Notes under the pieces: model-generated | What the model saw: only the letters and a program-made list of their open reading frames with translations | Database searches by the model: none | What the model was told of the DNA's origin: nothing | Assembly (NCBI GenBank): GCA_944383275.1 | Contig: CALWOV010000004.1 | Location: 4,957-68,956 of the forward strand | Direction: 5' to 3' | Length of the DNA: 64,000 nt | Origin: an uncultured Clostridia bacterium | GTDB taxonomy: Bacteria; Bacillota; Clostridia; Christensenellales; UBA1242 | Program-made: the position numbers and the translations under genes | Shown here: in pieces, positions 41,166 to 50,685 of the stretch | Position numbering within the stretch: position 1 is the stretch's first letter | Layout: each line of letters begins with the position of its first letter

Positions 41166-41242
41166 TGGTCGGGGTGGAGGGACTCGAACCCCCGACCCCT
41201 TGATCCCAAATCAAGTGCGCTAGCCAACTGCGCTACACCCCG
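41166..41242 (-). tRNA. tRNA-Pro(TGG)
   Basis: CGGGGTG acceptor stem, loop TTTGGGA, ACCA end. Confidence 0.95.
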
Positions 41243-41271
41243 ACAGTGATTTAAAGCGATATAACAACTTA

Positions 41272-41300
41272 ATAATACATTATTTTTTAACATTTGTCAA
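41272..41300 (-). promoter_or_regulatory. SigA promoter of the tRNA operon
   Basis: TTGACA-17bp-TATTAT on the minus strand. Confidence 0.7.
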
Positions 41301-41444
41301 CAAATTTTTAAAAAAAATTAAAATTATTACAAAAGATTTTTTATGCAAAAAATATAACTTTTTATGTTAAAAATTTTTTTATAAATTAAATGCTGATATA
41401 TCACTTTAAATTTAAAAACAGCTTAATTAAATACTTTTAACTCA

Positions 41445-42692
41445 TCACATATCATCTAAAGGAGATATTTCATCATCTGCATCAAAATAGTTTATGAAAT
41501 CTTTATCTAAAGTGTTAGCAGTTCTTAAAGCATAGAAGCCATATTTTTCTCTCATTTTATCCATTATTTTACTTAACTCTTTTTTCTTTTGATGTGATTT
41601 GTCATCAAATAATGTTATTTGTTCCACAACATTTTCACAATTCCTTAAACTACAAACAGACACCCTTATTGCTCTTATAGAAAGATTATCTAATTTCCAA
41701 TGTTTTTTAAACATATTTAAAGCAATTTCGGCAATTTCTGTTGCAACATTTGTATAATACGAAATACTTTCTGAATAGCCACGCCATTCAAAACTAGAAC
41801 TTTTCATTGAAAAATGAATGCATTTCCCTTCCAGATTTTTTTGTCTAAGCCTGAATGCAACTTTTTCACTTAATAGATAAATTAATGAAATAATATCCCC
41901 TTCTGTTGTTAAATCTTTAGATGTCGTCATTCCATTTCCAACGCTTTTTTGTTGCACAATTCCATCGGCAAGTTCAACTGCCGTTTCATCTTCACCTCGA
42001 GCAATTGCACTCATTTTTAAACCATTTATGCCAAAGTGTTGCTTTAAAAGCATTGGATCAGTAAAGGCTAAATCTTTTATTGTATGAATATTAAGTTTTT
42101 GCAATTTCTCCCAACTTCGTTTTCCAATCATTAAAAGAACATTTGCTGGCATATCCCAAATAAGTTGTTTAAAATTATTTCTATCAATTACCGTTGTTGC
42201 ATTAGGTTTTTTTAAATCACTTCCCAACTTTGCAAAATATTTATTAAACGACACCCCAACAGAAATAGTTAAACCACCTGTTTCCTCATATACAATATGT
42301 CTAAGTTTATCAGCAACTTCCCTGCCACTTCCAAACAAGTGTGCAGTTTCTGTTAAATCTATCCAACACTCGTCAGGTCCAAAACTTTCTACTCTATCGG
42401 AAAATCTTTTATATATATTTTTTATTTTTTCACTGTATTCTTGATAAATTGCGTGCTGTGGTGGCAAGCAAATAAGATTAGGGCACAAGCGTTTTGCTTC
42501 CCAAATTACATGCCCTGTTTTTATTCCCATTTCTTTTGCTATTTGATTTTTTGCTAATATAACACCGTGTCGCATTCTTGGATTTCCAGCAACAGCAACA
42601 GGCATTGTTTTTAACTTTGGGTTTAAAACGCATTCTACTGATGCATAAAAATTATTAACATCACAATGTAAAATAATTCTTTCTTTTTTCAT
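41445..42692 (-). CDS. dinB: Y-family DNA polymerase IV
   Basis: ILHCDVNNFYASVE, SFGPDECWIDL and SVGVSFNKYFAKLGSDLKKP. Confidence 0.92.
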   Translation of the reverse strand: MKKERIILHCDVNNFYASVECVLNPKLKTMPVAVAGNPRMRHGVILAKNQIAKEMGIKTGHVIWEAKRLCPNLICLPPQHAIYQEYSEKIKNIYKRFSDRVESFGPDECWIDLTETAHLFGSGREVADKLRHIVYEETGGLTISVGVSFNKYFAKLGSDLKKPNATTVIDRNNFKQLIWDMPANVLLMIGKRSWEKLQKLNIHTIKDLAFTDPMLLKQHFGINGLKMSAIARGEDETAVELADGIVQQKSVGNGMTTSKDLTTEGDIISLIYLLSEKVAFRLRQKNLEGKCIHFSMKSSSFEWRGYSESISYYTNVATEIAEIALNMFKKHWKLDNLSIRAIRVSVCSLRNCENVVEQITLFDDKSHQKKKELSKIMDKMREKYGFYALRTANTLDKDFINYFDADDEISPLDDM

Positions 42693-42974
42693 ATATCCCC
42701 TTAAAAACTAAAGTTAAAAAATGTTCATATGTTCTAATTATAGCATAAGAAAATTAAGATGTCTATATTTTAGTTAAAATTATTAAAACAAATATTAACT
42801 TAAATAAAAAGATATTTTATAAAATTTACTTTAATTTTTATATTAGTTTTGACTAAATGGTTTTTAGCAATTTTATAGATTATTATTAAATAAGTAATAG
42901 CTTTTATTTGGTTTTAATAATAAAAATAATAAATTAATAATAAATTAAAAAAAGTTAAAAATATTGCTATAAAA

Positions 42975-43011
42975 AAATAACAATTTTTAACCAAGTTAAA
43001 AATTGTTATTT
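42975..43011 (-). terminator. Perfect 17-bp hairpin terminator bounding the repeat array
   Basis: aaataacaatttttaac-caa-gttaaaaattgttattt with a T-run on the minus strand. Confidence 0.75.
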
Positions 43012-43572
43012 CGTGTTATATGAAGTTTTATTTTTAAGTGTTAATAAGAATTTACAAGCAAAATTGCTATCTATTCAAACTGAGGTGGTAAAAATTAAAA
43101 TATTTATTGTAAAACATTTTTATTTTACAGAAAATTGCAATAAATTAAAATTTATATCATACTGTTTATACTATAAAAGTTTACTTTTATATTTACATAA
43201 ACAGCTCAAAATTTAAGTTGTGTTACTAAAAATTTAAAAATTAAAATTTTTACGACATTTAATTTATGTTATCGGAAGTTTTGTCTGAATGCACACGAAG
43301 CAAAGCGAGTGTATATTCAAGCAAAACTGATGTTAATTCAAACAGTGTTGCCGTTGGGACAACGGATTTGCGTTTAGCAAATTGGTTTGCGAACATCGTG
43401 AGCAAAACAACATCACATAGTTTATGTTATCGGAAGTCGAACCAAGCACAAATTAGTAGTATGTGAGTGAGACTGATGTTCATTCAAACTGTGATGGTGG
43501 GCAAAGCACGCAAATTCGTTAGAATTTATTAAAATTTTATGTTAGTAAAATTTTAACATCGCATAGTTTATA
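43012..43572. repeat. Tandem array (~4 units) of structured repeats with alternating conserved blocks and variable hairpin spacers
   Basis: TTTATGTTATCGGAAGT at 43263 and 43421; ACTGATGTTMATTCAAACWGTGWTG at 43326 and 43472; AACATCRCATAGTTTAT at 43409 and 43555; decayed versions at 43014, 43055-43089 and 43154-43182. Confidence 0.85.
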
Positions 43573-44232
43573 TTAATGGTTTTCTGCTTTGGTCCAATCA
43601 ATAATTTTAATTTTACCAATTAATGGCAATGGCTCTGCCTTTCCATCTGATGCATTACAAATGCCAAGAATGGTATATATAACACACACAGCAAATGAAA
43701 CAATCAGCAATATTAACCCTAATGGTTGCCAAACAAAAATTAAAGCAATAGAAATTATGTAAGCACTTATGGCAAAAATAAACAAAACTAGACCTTGATT
43801 GCAATGATACATTGCAAATTTTTCGTTTCTGTTCCAACAAAAAGGAATAAAAAACAGAATATAAGCAAGTGCCGCTGTAAGTTGGATTGTTGGCTTAGAT
43901 GCATTTATGTAATCATATTTTAAATCAGCATTAAATTGTGGGTCATCTGCCCTTTCATATTTAACTTTTGCAACAGTTTGGGTTTCTGTTTTTGGTGCGT
44001 TTTTTCTAGATTTTGCAATTGTTTTATTTGCCGTTGTTTTTCGTGTGGTTGTTTTTCGAGTAGTTGTTTTTGTTGCCGATTTTTTTGCAGTTGAAGATAC
44101 AGTTTTTTTAGCTGCAGTTGTTTTTGCAACAACTTTTTTGTTGGTTGCAGAAGCGCTTGTTTTTTCAGATTGTGCTTTAGTTGAAGTTTTGGCTTTTACG
44201 CTGTTTTCGTCAACTTTCTTCCTTTCTGCCAT
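43573..44232 (-). CDS. Membrane protein with Lys/Thr/Ala-rich N-terminus and DUF4870-like 3-TM C-terminus
   Basis: KTTTRKTTTRKTT repeats; ALAYILFFIP...FAMYHCNQGLVL...LPLIG membrane domain. Confidence 0.8.
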   Translation of the reverse strand: MAERKKVDENSVKAKTSTKAQSEKTSASATNKKVVAKTTAAKKTVSSTAKKSATKTTTRKTTTRKTTANKTIAKSRKNAPKTETQTVAKVKYERADDPQFNADLKYDYINASKPTIQLTAALAYILFFIPFCWNRNEKFAMYHCNQGLVLFIFAISAYIISIALIFVWQPLGLILLIVSFAVCVIYTILGICNASDGKAEPLPLIGKIKIIDWTKAENH

Positions 44233-44349
44233 ATTTCCCCCTTATTTTATTATAAAAATCACTTTAAAATAAGTTTATTATATCAATAAAAAAAAAGCAA
44301 ACATTTTAACTATGTTTTGATTAAAATGTTTGCGCAAAATTATAAAAAT

Positions 44350-44904
44350 TTAATTTAATTTAACAATAGAAAGTGCAGTGTTAGAGAAGTTTGTTGATAA
44401 AGCACCTGTATTTCTTAATGAAACAGTTTGAGCAAAACCCAATACTACAACAGCTGTTCCAGAAAGATTAACTGTGCTTCCTGCAGTTGCTGTTTGTGTA
44501 GATGTTTGCCCTGCATAGCTTACACCATTTACAAATAATGCAACCGAAGCACTTGTTCCACCAGCAGGAACAACTGCATCTGTATTATAAGAAATTATAT
44601 AAGTTCCTGGTTGCAATGTTGCAGATGATGAACCTGCAATTTTAGAAATGTCTGTTCCATTTAAAACAACATTAGAAGCTAGTGGAATGTCTGCATTACT
44701 TGCAACTGCTTGTGATGCTACATTAACAAAATAACCTTGACTTGAAGCAAATGCTGAACCTGTTGGACCTGTAGGGCCTGTTGGTCCTGTAAAACCAGTT
44801 GGACCACGAGGACCTGTTGGGCCTGTTGAGCCTTGAACAAAAATAGGTGCTTGCCTTATAACATTCCATCTGCAACAGTTGTTTCTATTACAACAATTAC
44901 ACAT
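44350..44904 (-). CDS. Collagen-like BclA-type exosporium protein
   Basis: Cys-rich N-terminus, (GPT)n collagen stretch and BclA C-terminal-like beta domain (QPGTYIISY...LSIVKL); AGGAGG SD. Confidence 0.85.
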   Translation of the reverse strand: MCNCCNRNNCCRWNVIRQAPIFVQGSTGPTGPRGPTGFTGPTGPTGPTGSAFASSQGYFVNVASQAVASNADIPLASNVVLNGTDISKIAGSSSATLQPGTYIISYNTDAVVPAGGTSASVALFVNGVSYAGQTSTQTATAGSTVNLSGTAVVVLGFAQTVSLRNTGALSTNFSNTALSIVKLN

Positions 44905-45377
44905 AAAAATTTTTCCTCCTTTGAAAAAGCAATATTTTAAGTTAGGAATTTTAAATTAAAAACTATCAGTTTAATTTATACGCTAATAATTTACTAACTA
45001 TTTATTTTGTATTTTTTATACAAGTTGTTAAAAATTTAACTAAACATGATAATTAAACACAAAATACTAAATGAAAATATAAATAAAATTAGTATTAAAT
45101 AACTTTAAACTGTTACTTATCTTAAATTCTGTCTTAATAGTTATAATCAATAAAAATTTATTTTTATAAACAAATAAATTTAAACGATAAACACAAAACC
45201 ACATAAACTAAATTTAACATAAATTCTATAGTTTAAAATATATTTAGATAAATAAATTTACATTTTTTAAATTCCTAAAATCAAAATATTCCTTATAGCA
45301 GTTTATTCAACTTTTAAATTTTATGTGCTATGTTAAAATAAAAAAGACTCTGGATAGAGCCTTTTTCCAATATATAA

Positions 45378-46970
45378 TTAAGCTTGCCGTTGAGTTTGGT
45401 TTGATGTAGAACTTGAACTTTCTTGAGCTCGCCCATTCAAATAATCGCTCCAACCTTGTTGAGTTTCTTTTTTAGTTGCAGCTTCAGTTTTTTTAGCGAC
45501 TTTTTCTTTTGCTTTTTTTAATGCTTCTGCACCTTTATTAATTTCATTTATCCAATCTTTCATTTGCAATTGTTGAGCATTTGTTAATTTATTATTTAAA
45601 TTGTTTTTAGCATAATAATCCATCATACCTTGTTGAACATCTGCACGACCAAAAAGTTCAGCCAAGTTTCCCATCATTTCCCAATTATCTTTATTTTTCA
45701 TTACATCTGAAATGCTGCTCTTTAACATTACATCATTAACTAATATTTTATAAAAGTTATTTGTTTTATTAGTAATGTTTTTAGTATCAACAACTGCATT
45801 TCTACTTGATAAAATATATTTACGAACTTCATTCTTTTGTTCTTCGGTTAAATTATTATCTTTACTAATTTTATTGTATTCTTCAACTAAATTAAAGGTT
45901 TGTCCTTTATTTTCTAATTCTTTATAACCATTTATAATATGTGTTGCTTTTAAATCTTCCGTTGCTTCTTGACCATAATTTCTTGTTTCTCCAGCTTTTG
46001 TTTGACCAATAGTTGGTATAATGCCATCTTTATTGTAGGTTTGTTGATTAATTTTACTTTGCAAATTATAAGAAGAAGTTTCATCAACATGTCCAGCAGC
46101 TTCTCTTGCTTCTTTTGTTACTTCAGAATCTGGCAATTTAAAATCTTTACGAATTTGGTCGGTATAATTCATTATAGAACTACCAATATTAGCAGCACCT
46201 TGATACATTTTTGTTACATCATAATTTTTTCTACTGAAATAGTGATTAGTATATCTATCTAAAACGCCACCAACTCGTCCCCTTGCACTGTTAACTTTTC
46301 CAACAACGCCCTTACCAAAAATAGAATTTTCATCTGCAGGACCATTGTGTGCCAAATAAGCAAATTTCCCCTTGTTTGCTAAAAGATTTAATTTACCAGC
46401 TTTTCTCTCTAAATGTTTTAAATCTTTATCAAAATTTTGCATTAATTTAGTATATTGCTTTTCATAGTTTTTGTATTGAGAACTGTTTGGGTCAAGTTGA
46501 GCCATAGCATTTTTTATATCTTCAAGCCTGTGTTTATATAAATCAGTTGTTTGGTCTATATTTTTCATTACTTTTTGCATTCTATATGAAAGAACTGTTG
46601 GGTCTGTTCCACGAAGACCAAATGCACCAACAACAGTTCTCCATGTGGTAGCACCACCAATTGCACCACCAGCAACAGCACCAATAACTGCAGGAACAAG
46701 TGCGATACCACCTGTTGCAATTGCCGAAACTCCAATTCCAAGTGCGGCAAGCGCAACAGGGGTTGCTATCCCCATTGCTGCCTTTCTTCTTAACTGAGCA
46801 GCAGCTTCTTTCCCGGCTTCATTTACCATTTCATTTGGGCTAAGTTTAATACGTTCATCCATTGAAAGCCCACTTTGTTCTGCCATTCTTTTTAGCCATT
46901 CTTGATACCAAGCATCATAAGTCATACCACAATCTTTTGTCCATTCTAGAGGAAATTCTCTTTCAGCCAT
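45378..46970 (-). CDS. Orphan protein with glycine-zipper hydrophobic hairpin
   Basis: 530 aa with AAGGAG SD, promoter TTGATT-17-TATAAT (47003-47031) and own terminator (45340-45366); GIGVSAIATGGIALVPAVIGAVAGGAIGG segment. Confidence 0.8.
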   Translation of the reverse strand: MAEREFPLEWTKDCGMTYDAWYQEWLKRMAEQSGLSMDERIKLSPNEMVNEAGKEAAAQLRRKAAMGIATPVALAALGIGVSAIATGGIALVPAVIGAVAGGAIGGATTWRTVVGAFGLRGTDPTVLSYRMQKVMKNIDQTTDLYKHRLEDIKNAMAQLDPNSSQYKNYEKQYTKLMQNFDKDLKHLERKAGKLNLLANKGKFAYLAHNGPADENSIFGKGVVGKVNSARGRVGGVLDRYTNHYFSRKNYDVTKMYQGAANIGSSIMNYTDQIRKDFKLPDSEVTKEAREAAGHVDETSSYNLQSKINQQTYNKDGIIPTIGQTKAGETRNYGQEATEDLKATHIINGYKELENKGQTFNLVEEYNKISKDNNLTEEQKNEVRKYILSSRNAVVDTKNITNKTNNFYKILVNDVMLKSSISDVMKNKDNWEMMGNLAELFGRADVQQGMMDYYAKNNLNNKLTNAQQLQMKDWINEINKGAEALKKAKEKVAKKTEAATKKETQQGWSDYLNGRAQESSSSTSNQTQRQA

Positions 46971-47405
46971 ATATAAATTCTCCTTTAATTTTATCTATAT
47001 ATATTATACCACATTTTGCAATATAAATCAACATTTTACCCTAAATAACGCCACTTTTAACAACAAAATATGACATATATTATTACCTTTATATTACAAA
47101 ATACTTTATTTTTTTGCAAATATTTTAAGCATATTTTTATTATTTTTTACAAATTTTTAAAAATTATTTTATATTTTTATTTAATGTTAGCATTTTATCT
47201 TTAAATTAATATTTTAAAAGGTTAAAAATTATCAATTTGGAAATAGTAAATATTAGTAATATTTTTTTATAATTAAATGTTAATTTTATAATTTTAAAGT
47301 TTGTTTAAGTAAATGATAAAATTTAAAAAGAAACACTTACTTATTGCATTTATATTGAATTATTTGTTATATATTCTTATGCAAAAATTATTAAAATTTA
47401 AAAAT

Positions 47406-47432
47406 AAAAAAGAGTATGAATTCATACTCTTT
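47406..47432 (-). terminator. Intrinsic terminator
   Basis: aaaagagtatg-aatt-catactctttt hairpin. Confidence 0.8.
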
Positions 47433-47437
47433 TAAAA

Positions 47438-48751
47438 TTACATTTGAGCTTCGGCCTCTCTTGTTGCAACAACATCGTCCATAAATGATTTATATGCTTT
47501 AACAGATTTTTTATCTCCGCGTCTTTCTTTGTTTTCAATATATGTATTGATTTGTTTTTCAAAAGTAGCAAAAGGTTTATCTTTTAAAGTCATAACTTGA
47601 TCTAACATTGCTTGTCTTGCTTCATCAGAGAAGTTTCTTATATCTTCAACGGTATAGTTTAAAACTGTTAATTTAGATTGTTTTCCAAATTTTACAGATT
47701 CACAAATTGTGAACAATTCTTCTTTGGTTAAACCATTTTGTTGTGCAAAAAGCCCAATTTCGTGTGCAAATTTAGGTCCTTCAAGTTTTTCTGCTTTGAT
47801 TTTTTCTTTTAATCTTTCAATAATAACAGGACTATAAGATTTGTTTTCAATTCTTGCAAGTTGGTCATCTATTGTTTCAATGTTTTCTTTGCGTTTTGCG
47901 TTATTCTTTTCAAGGCGTTCTAATGATGCTTTTGCCTTTTTAGCATTATCTTTTGCACGGTCTATAAGGAAATTATCAACTGATTTATTTCTTTCAAGAC
48001 CTGCTTCTTCACGCAATTTTCTTGAAAATAATAATTGACCATATACAAAATCATCACGGAATGCACGAAGTTGACGGTCTTTAACTTCTCTTGCATCGTC
48101 ATACCAGTGGAAACCAAGCCAATTACCAAATCTTGCAAAAGCATTTGGTTCTTTTTGGAATTTTCTATCTAAATTCTTAATATCTTGTTGCGTTTTCTTG
48201 TATTGTGCAAGTGCTTTAGTTTCATAAACATGAAGTTCTCTGTTAATTCTTTTTTCAAGTGATCTTGCTTTATCAACGCGTTCTGGGTGATTTTTTCTTA
48301 CATCTTTTAAAGTTTCAATATAACGGTCAATTTTTCTGATTCTTCTTGCTTCGCTCCATAAATATCTAAGCCTTTTACCATCTAAAGCACGGTTATATGT
48401 AAGTTCATTACGCTTTGCCCTTCCAAATCTTGTAACTCCAACGCCACCAACACCAGCAGCAGTTAAAGCACCACCCAAAACCATAACAGGTAAAACACCA
48501 GATGCTAAACCAACAACACCTGCAACTACTGCAGCAGCAGAAACGCCGTATCTTGCACCTTGTTTTAAATAGTATTTATAAATTTTCTTTGCTTCTGAAT
48601 GAATGTGTTCTTTAATTTCTGCATTCTTTTTTGATGAAACATCATAAGTTTCTTCTGCAATTCTATCATACTTATTAAAGTAAATATCCATTGGGTCGAA
48701 ATCGCTTTCTTGATAGTTATTGCCTTCATATTTAACTTGTTTTTTAGCCAT
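47438..48751 (-). CDS. Orphan basic protein with glycine-zipper hydrophobic hairpin
   Basis: True start ATG 48751 (MAKKQVKY) follows AAGGAG; GVVGLASGVLPVMVLGGALTAAGVGGVG segment; ends -EAQM. Confidence 0.8.
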   Translation of the reverse strand: MAKKQVKYEGNNYQESDFDPMDIYFNKYDRIAEETYDVSSKKNAEIKEHIHSEAKKIYKYYLKQGARYGVSAAAVVAGVVGLASGVLPVMVLGGALTAAGVGGVGVTRFGRAKRNELTYNRALDGKRLRYLWSEARRIRKIDRYIETLKDVRKNHPERVDKARSLEKRINRELHVYETKALAQYKKTQQDIKNLDRKFQKEPNAFARFGNWLGFHWYDDAREVKDRQLRAFRDDFVYGQLLFSRKLREEAGLERNKSVDNFLIDRAKDNAKKAKASLERLEKNNAKRKENIETIDDQLARIENKSYSPVIIERLKEKIKAEKLEGPKFAHEIGLFAQQNGLTKEELFTICESVKFGKQSKLTVLNYTVEDIRNFSDEARQAMLDQVMTLKDKPFATFEKQINTYIENKERRGDKKSVKAYKSFMDDVVATREAEAQM

Positions 48752-48800
48752 AAAATTCTCCTTTAAATAGCAGCGATATTCTCGCCTTTTTTCTGATTTT

Positions 48801-48829
48801 ATTATACAACAAAAGTGCAATTTTGTCAA
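48801..48829 (-). promoter_or_regulatory. Perfect consensus SigA promoter
   Basis: TTGACA-17bp-TATAAT on the minus strand. Confidence 0.8.
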
Positions 48830-49041
48830 TACCCTTTTTTTCAAAAAAACCCATTTTTATGCAGATTTTAACCATTTTTATTGCATAAAATTAAAGTTGA
48901 TTTTAAAATAACTTGCAAATATCATTTTTTTATGTTAGACTAATAAAATATTGAACAATATAGCTATTGTTTGGTTAAAAGTTACTTTGTTTTCTACATT
49001 TTTTAAATTAAACAAAAGTTGTTTCTAATTAAGTAATAAAT

Positions 49042-49117
49042 GCTGATGTAGCACAGTCGGTAGTGCAATTGATTCGTAATCAATAGGTCGTGGGTTCAAG
49101 TCCCACCATCAGCTCCA
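49042..49117 (+). tRNA. tRNA-Thr(CGT)
   Basis: 76-nt cloverleaf, anticodon arm ATTGA-TTCGTAA-TCAAT, TCCA end. Confidence 0.93.
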
Positions 49118-49153
49118 ACTTTATTTTATATATATAAGGGAATATATAGAAAA

Positions 49154-49972
49154 ATGAAACTTATAGGAACGGGAAGAGAAAGCAAAGCGTTTTTAATTGA
49201 TAATGAAAGCGTAATATTAATTGGACAAAATAAAACTGCTTTTAGTAATTATAAAAATCAAAAAATCACACTTGATATACTACAAGATAAAATTGATTTT
49301 ATAAAAATTCCACAGAATGCCACTTCAATTTCACCTTGTGAAAAGTATCCATATGGAGCTTTAGATATATCTTATGTAGAAGGACTTACACCTGAATTAA
49401 ATATTTTAAATACACAAGAAAAATTAAAGCTTGGAAAGCAAATTGCTTAATTTATATATAAGTTCCAAATTATTGGAGAACAATTAAATAAATATGAAAA
49501 AAAATTAATTAATTCTATTGAATTGAAAACAGATGCAAAAGCAGTAAACTTTTGTTTAAAACTTGTAAAAAAATATTTAACAGAAGAACAATTTAAAAAG
49601 CTTTGTCACATTGCTAAAATTTATAAATCAAAATATAAAAAAAGTAAAAAAATATTACACCATGATGATTTAAACTTATCTAATTTAAAAATAGATGATA
49701 ATAAAAATTTAATAGGAATTATAGATTTTGAATGCGTTGGTTTTTATATACCTGAATATAAAATTAAAAATCAATGGCACGATGAAATTATTTATAAATC
49801 TGTTCTCGAAGAGTATTATAAATTAAGTGGATATTTAATTAATGATAGAAAATTCTCTGAAGTATGTGAAATTATAACTATGATTTTACACTTAAATCGC
49901 TTTTACAGTTTGGGGAAAGAACAAATAGAATTAAGAGTCAACATCATTCAAGATTTAATTGACAAATTTTAA
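49154..49972 (+). pseudogene. Aminoglycoside-phosphotransferase-family kinase interrupted by one in-frame TAA
   Basis: IGTGRES start, then HDDLNLSN and IIDFE motifs; both ORF pieces are in the same frame with only TAA 49448-49450 between them. Confidence 0.8.
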
Positions 49973-49997
49973 AACCTAATTTATTAGGTTTTTTATT

Positions 49998-50549
49998 TTA
50001 CTTTATTTCGCTTCGTAATTTTAAGATTTTAAAATAAATTTTTGTTAATTGTTCTGGCGTTTCTTTCATTCCATTTCTTATCCAACACATTTCAAGATTA
50101 AAAAGTTCGCCAATAAACATTTGACTTGAATATTCGTGTATCCTTGATTTAGTTCTGTCTTGATTTAATGTATAATAAGCCCTGCAATAGCAATTATACA
50201 ATAAATTATCTAACTTTTTATCTAAAAACAATTCAATAATATCTACATATTTTACAAAATTTTCTAATGAGGTTGATATTATATTTTTAATAGCAAAATT
50301 AAGATTTCGTTTAGATTTAATATCTTCGACTGTTTCAACAAATATATCTAATATATATTCTTCAACAACATTTTCCTTGCTTGAAAAATTTCTATAAAAG
50401 CCCATTCGACTAACCCCAGCACGCTTAATTATATCACTTACACTTATATCTTCAAACTCATTATTTTTTAAAAGTTGAAAAAGTGCTTTTGTTATGCAGT
50501 CTCTTACAAACAAATTTGTTTTATTTTTCCTTGTTTTTATCTGATACAT
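49998..50549 (-). CDS. TetR/AcrR family regulator
   Basis: ISVSDIIKRAGVSRMGFYRNFSSKE HTH. Confidence 0.92.
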   Translation of the reverse strand: MYQIKTRKNKTNLFVRDCITKALFQLLKNNEFEDISVSDIIKRAGVSRMGFYRNFSSKENVVEEYILDIFVETVEDIKSKRNLNFAIKNIISTSLENFVKYVDIIELFLDKKLDNLLYNCYCRAYYTLNQDRTKSRIHEYSSQMFIGELFNLEMCWIRNGMKETPEQLTKIYFKILKLRSEIK

Positions 50550-50630
50550 TTATTACCCTTTTATCACAGTTTTGCATTTTAAATTTATTTTTGTTGTTTT
50601 TTACACATATAGATGCTATAATCAAAAAAC

Positions 50631-50646
50631 TGTTACAAGTGTAACA
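50631..50646. promoter_or_regulatory. Putative TetR operator
   Basis: Perfect palindrome TGTTACA-AG-TGTAACA just downstream of the TGcTATAAT -10 of the divergent degV gene. Confidence 0.7.
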
Positions 50647-50685
50647 CTTATTTTTAAAAAATGCAATTAAATAAAGGAATTTATT

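Noticed and set aside
40555-41293. ORFs 40555-40758 and 41006-41293
   Set aside because: They are shadows of the tRNA cluster.
42715-42736. LexA (GAAC-N4-GTTC) box upstream of dinB
   Set aside because: Only GTTC-ATAT-GTTC is present, two mismatches from consensus; not supportable.
43012-43572. CRISPR array, hammerhead ribozyme or protein-coding ORFs (43013-43216, 43266-43466)
   Set aside because: There are two alternating repeat types, self-folding spacers of variable length and no cas genes. CTGATG is followed by T, not A, and there is no correctly placed GAAA core. The short ORFs lack SD sites and protein-like features.
48752-48844. 31-aa N-terminal extension in the ORF track for 47438-48844
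   Set aside because: It overlaps the consensus promoter; the SD supports ATG 48751.
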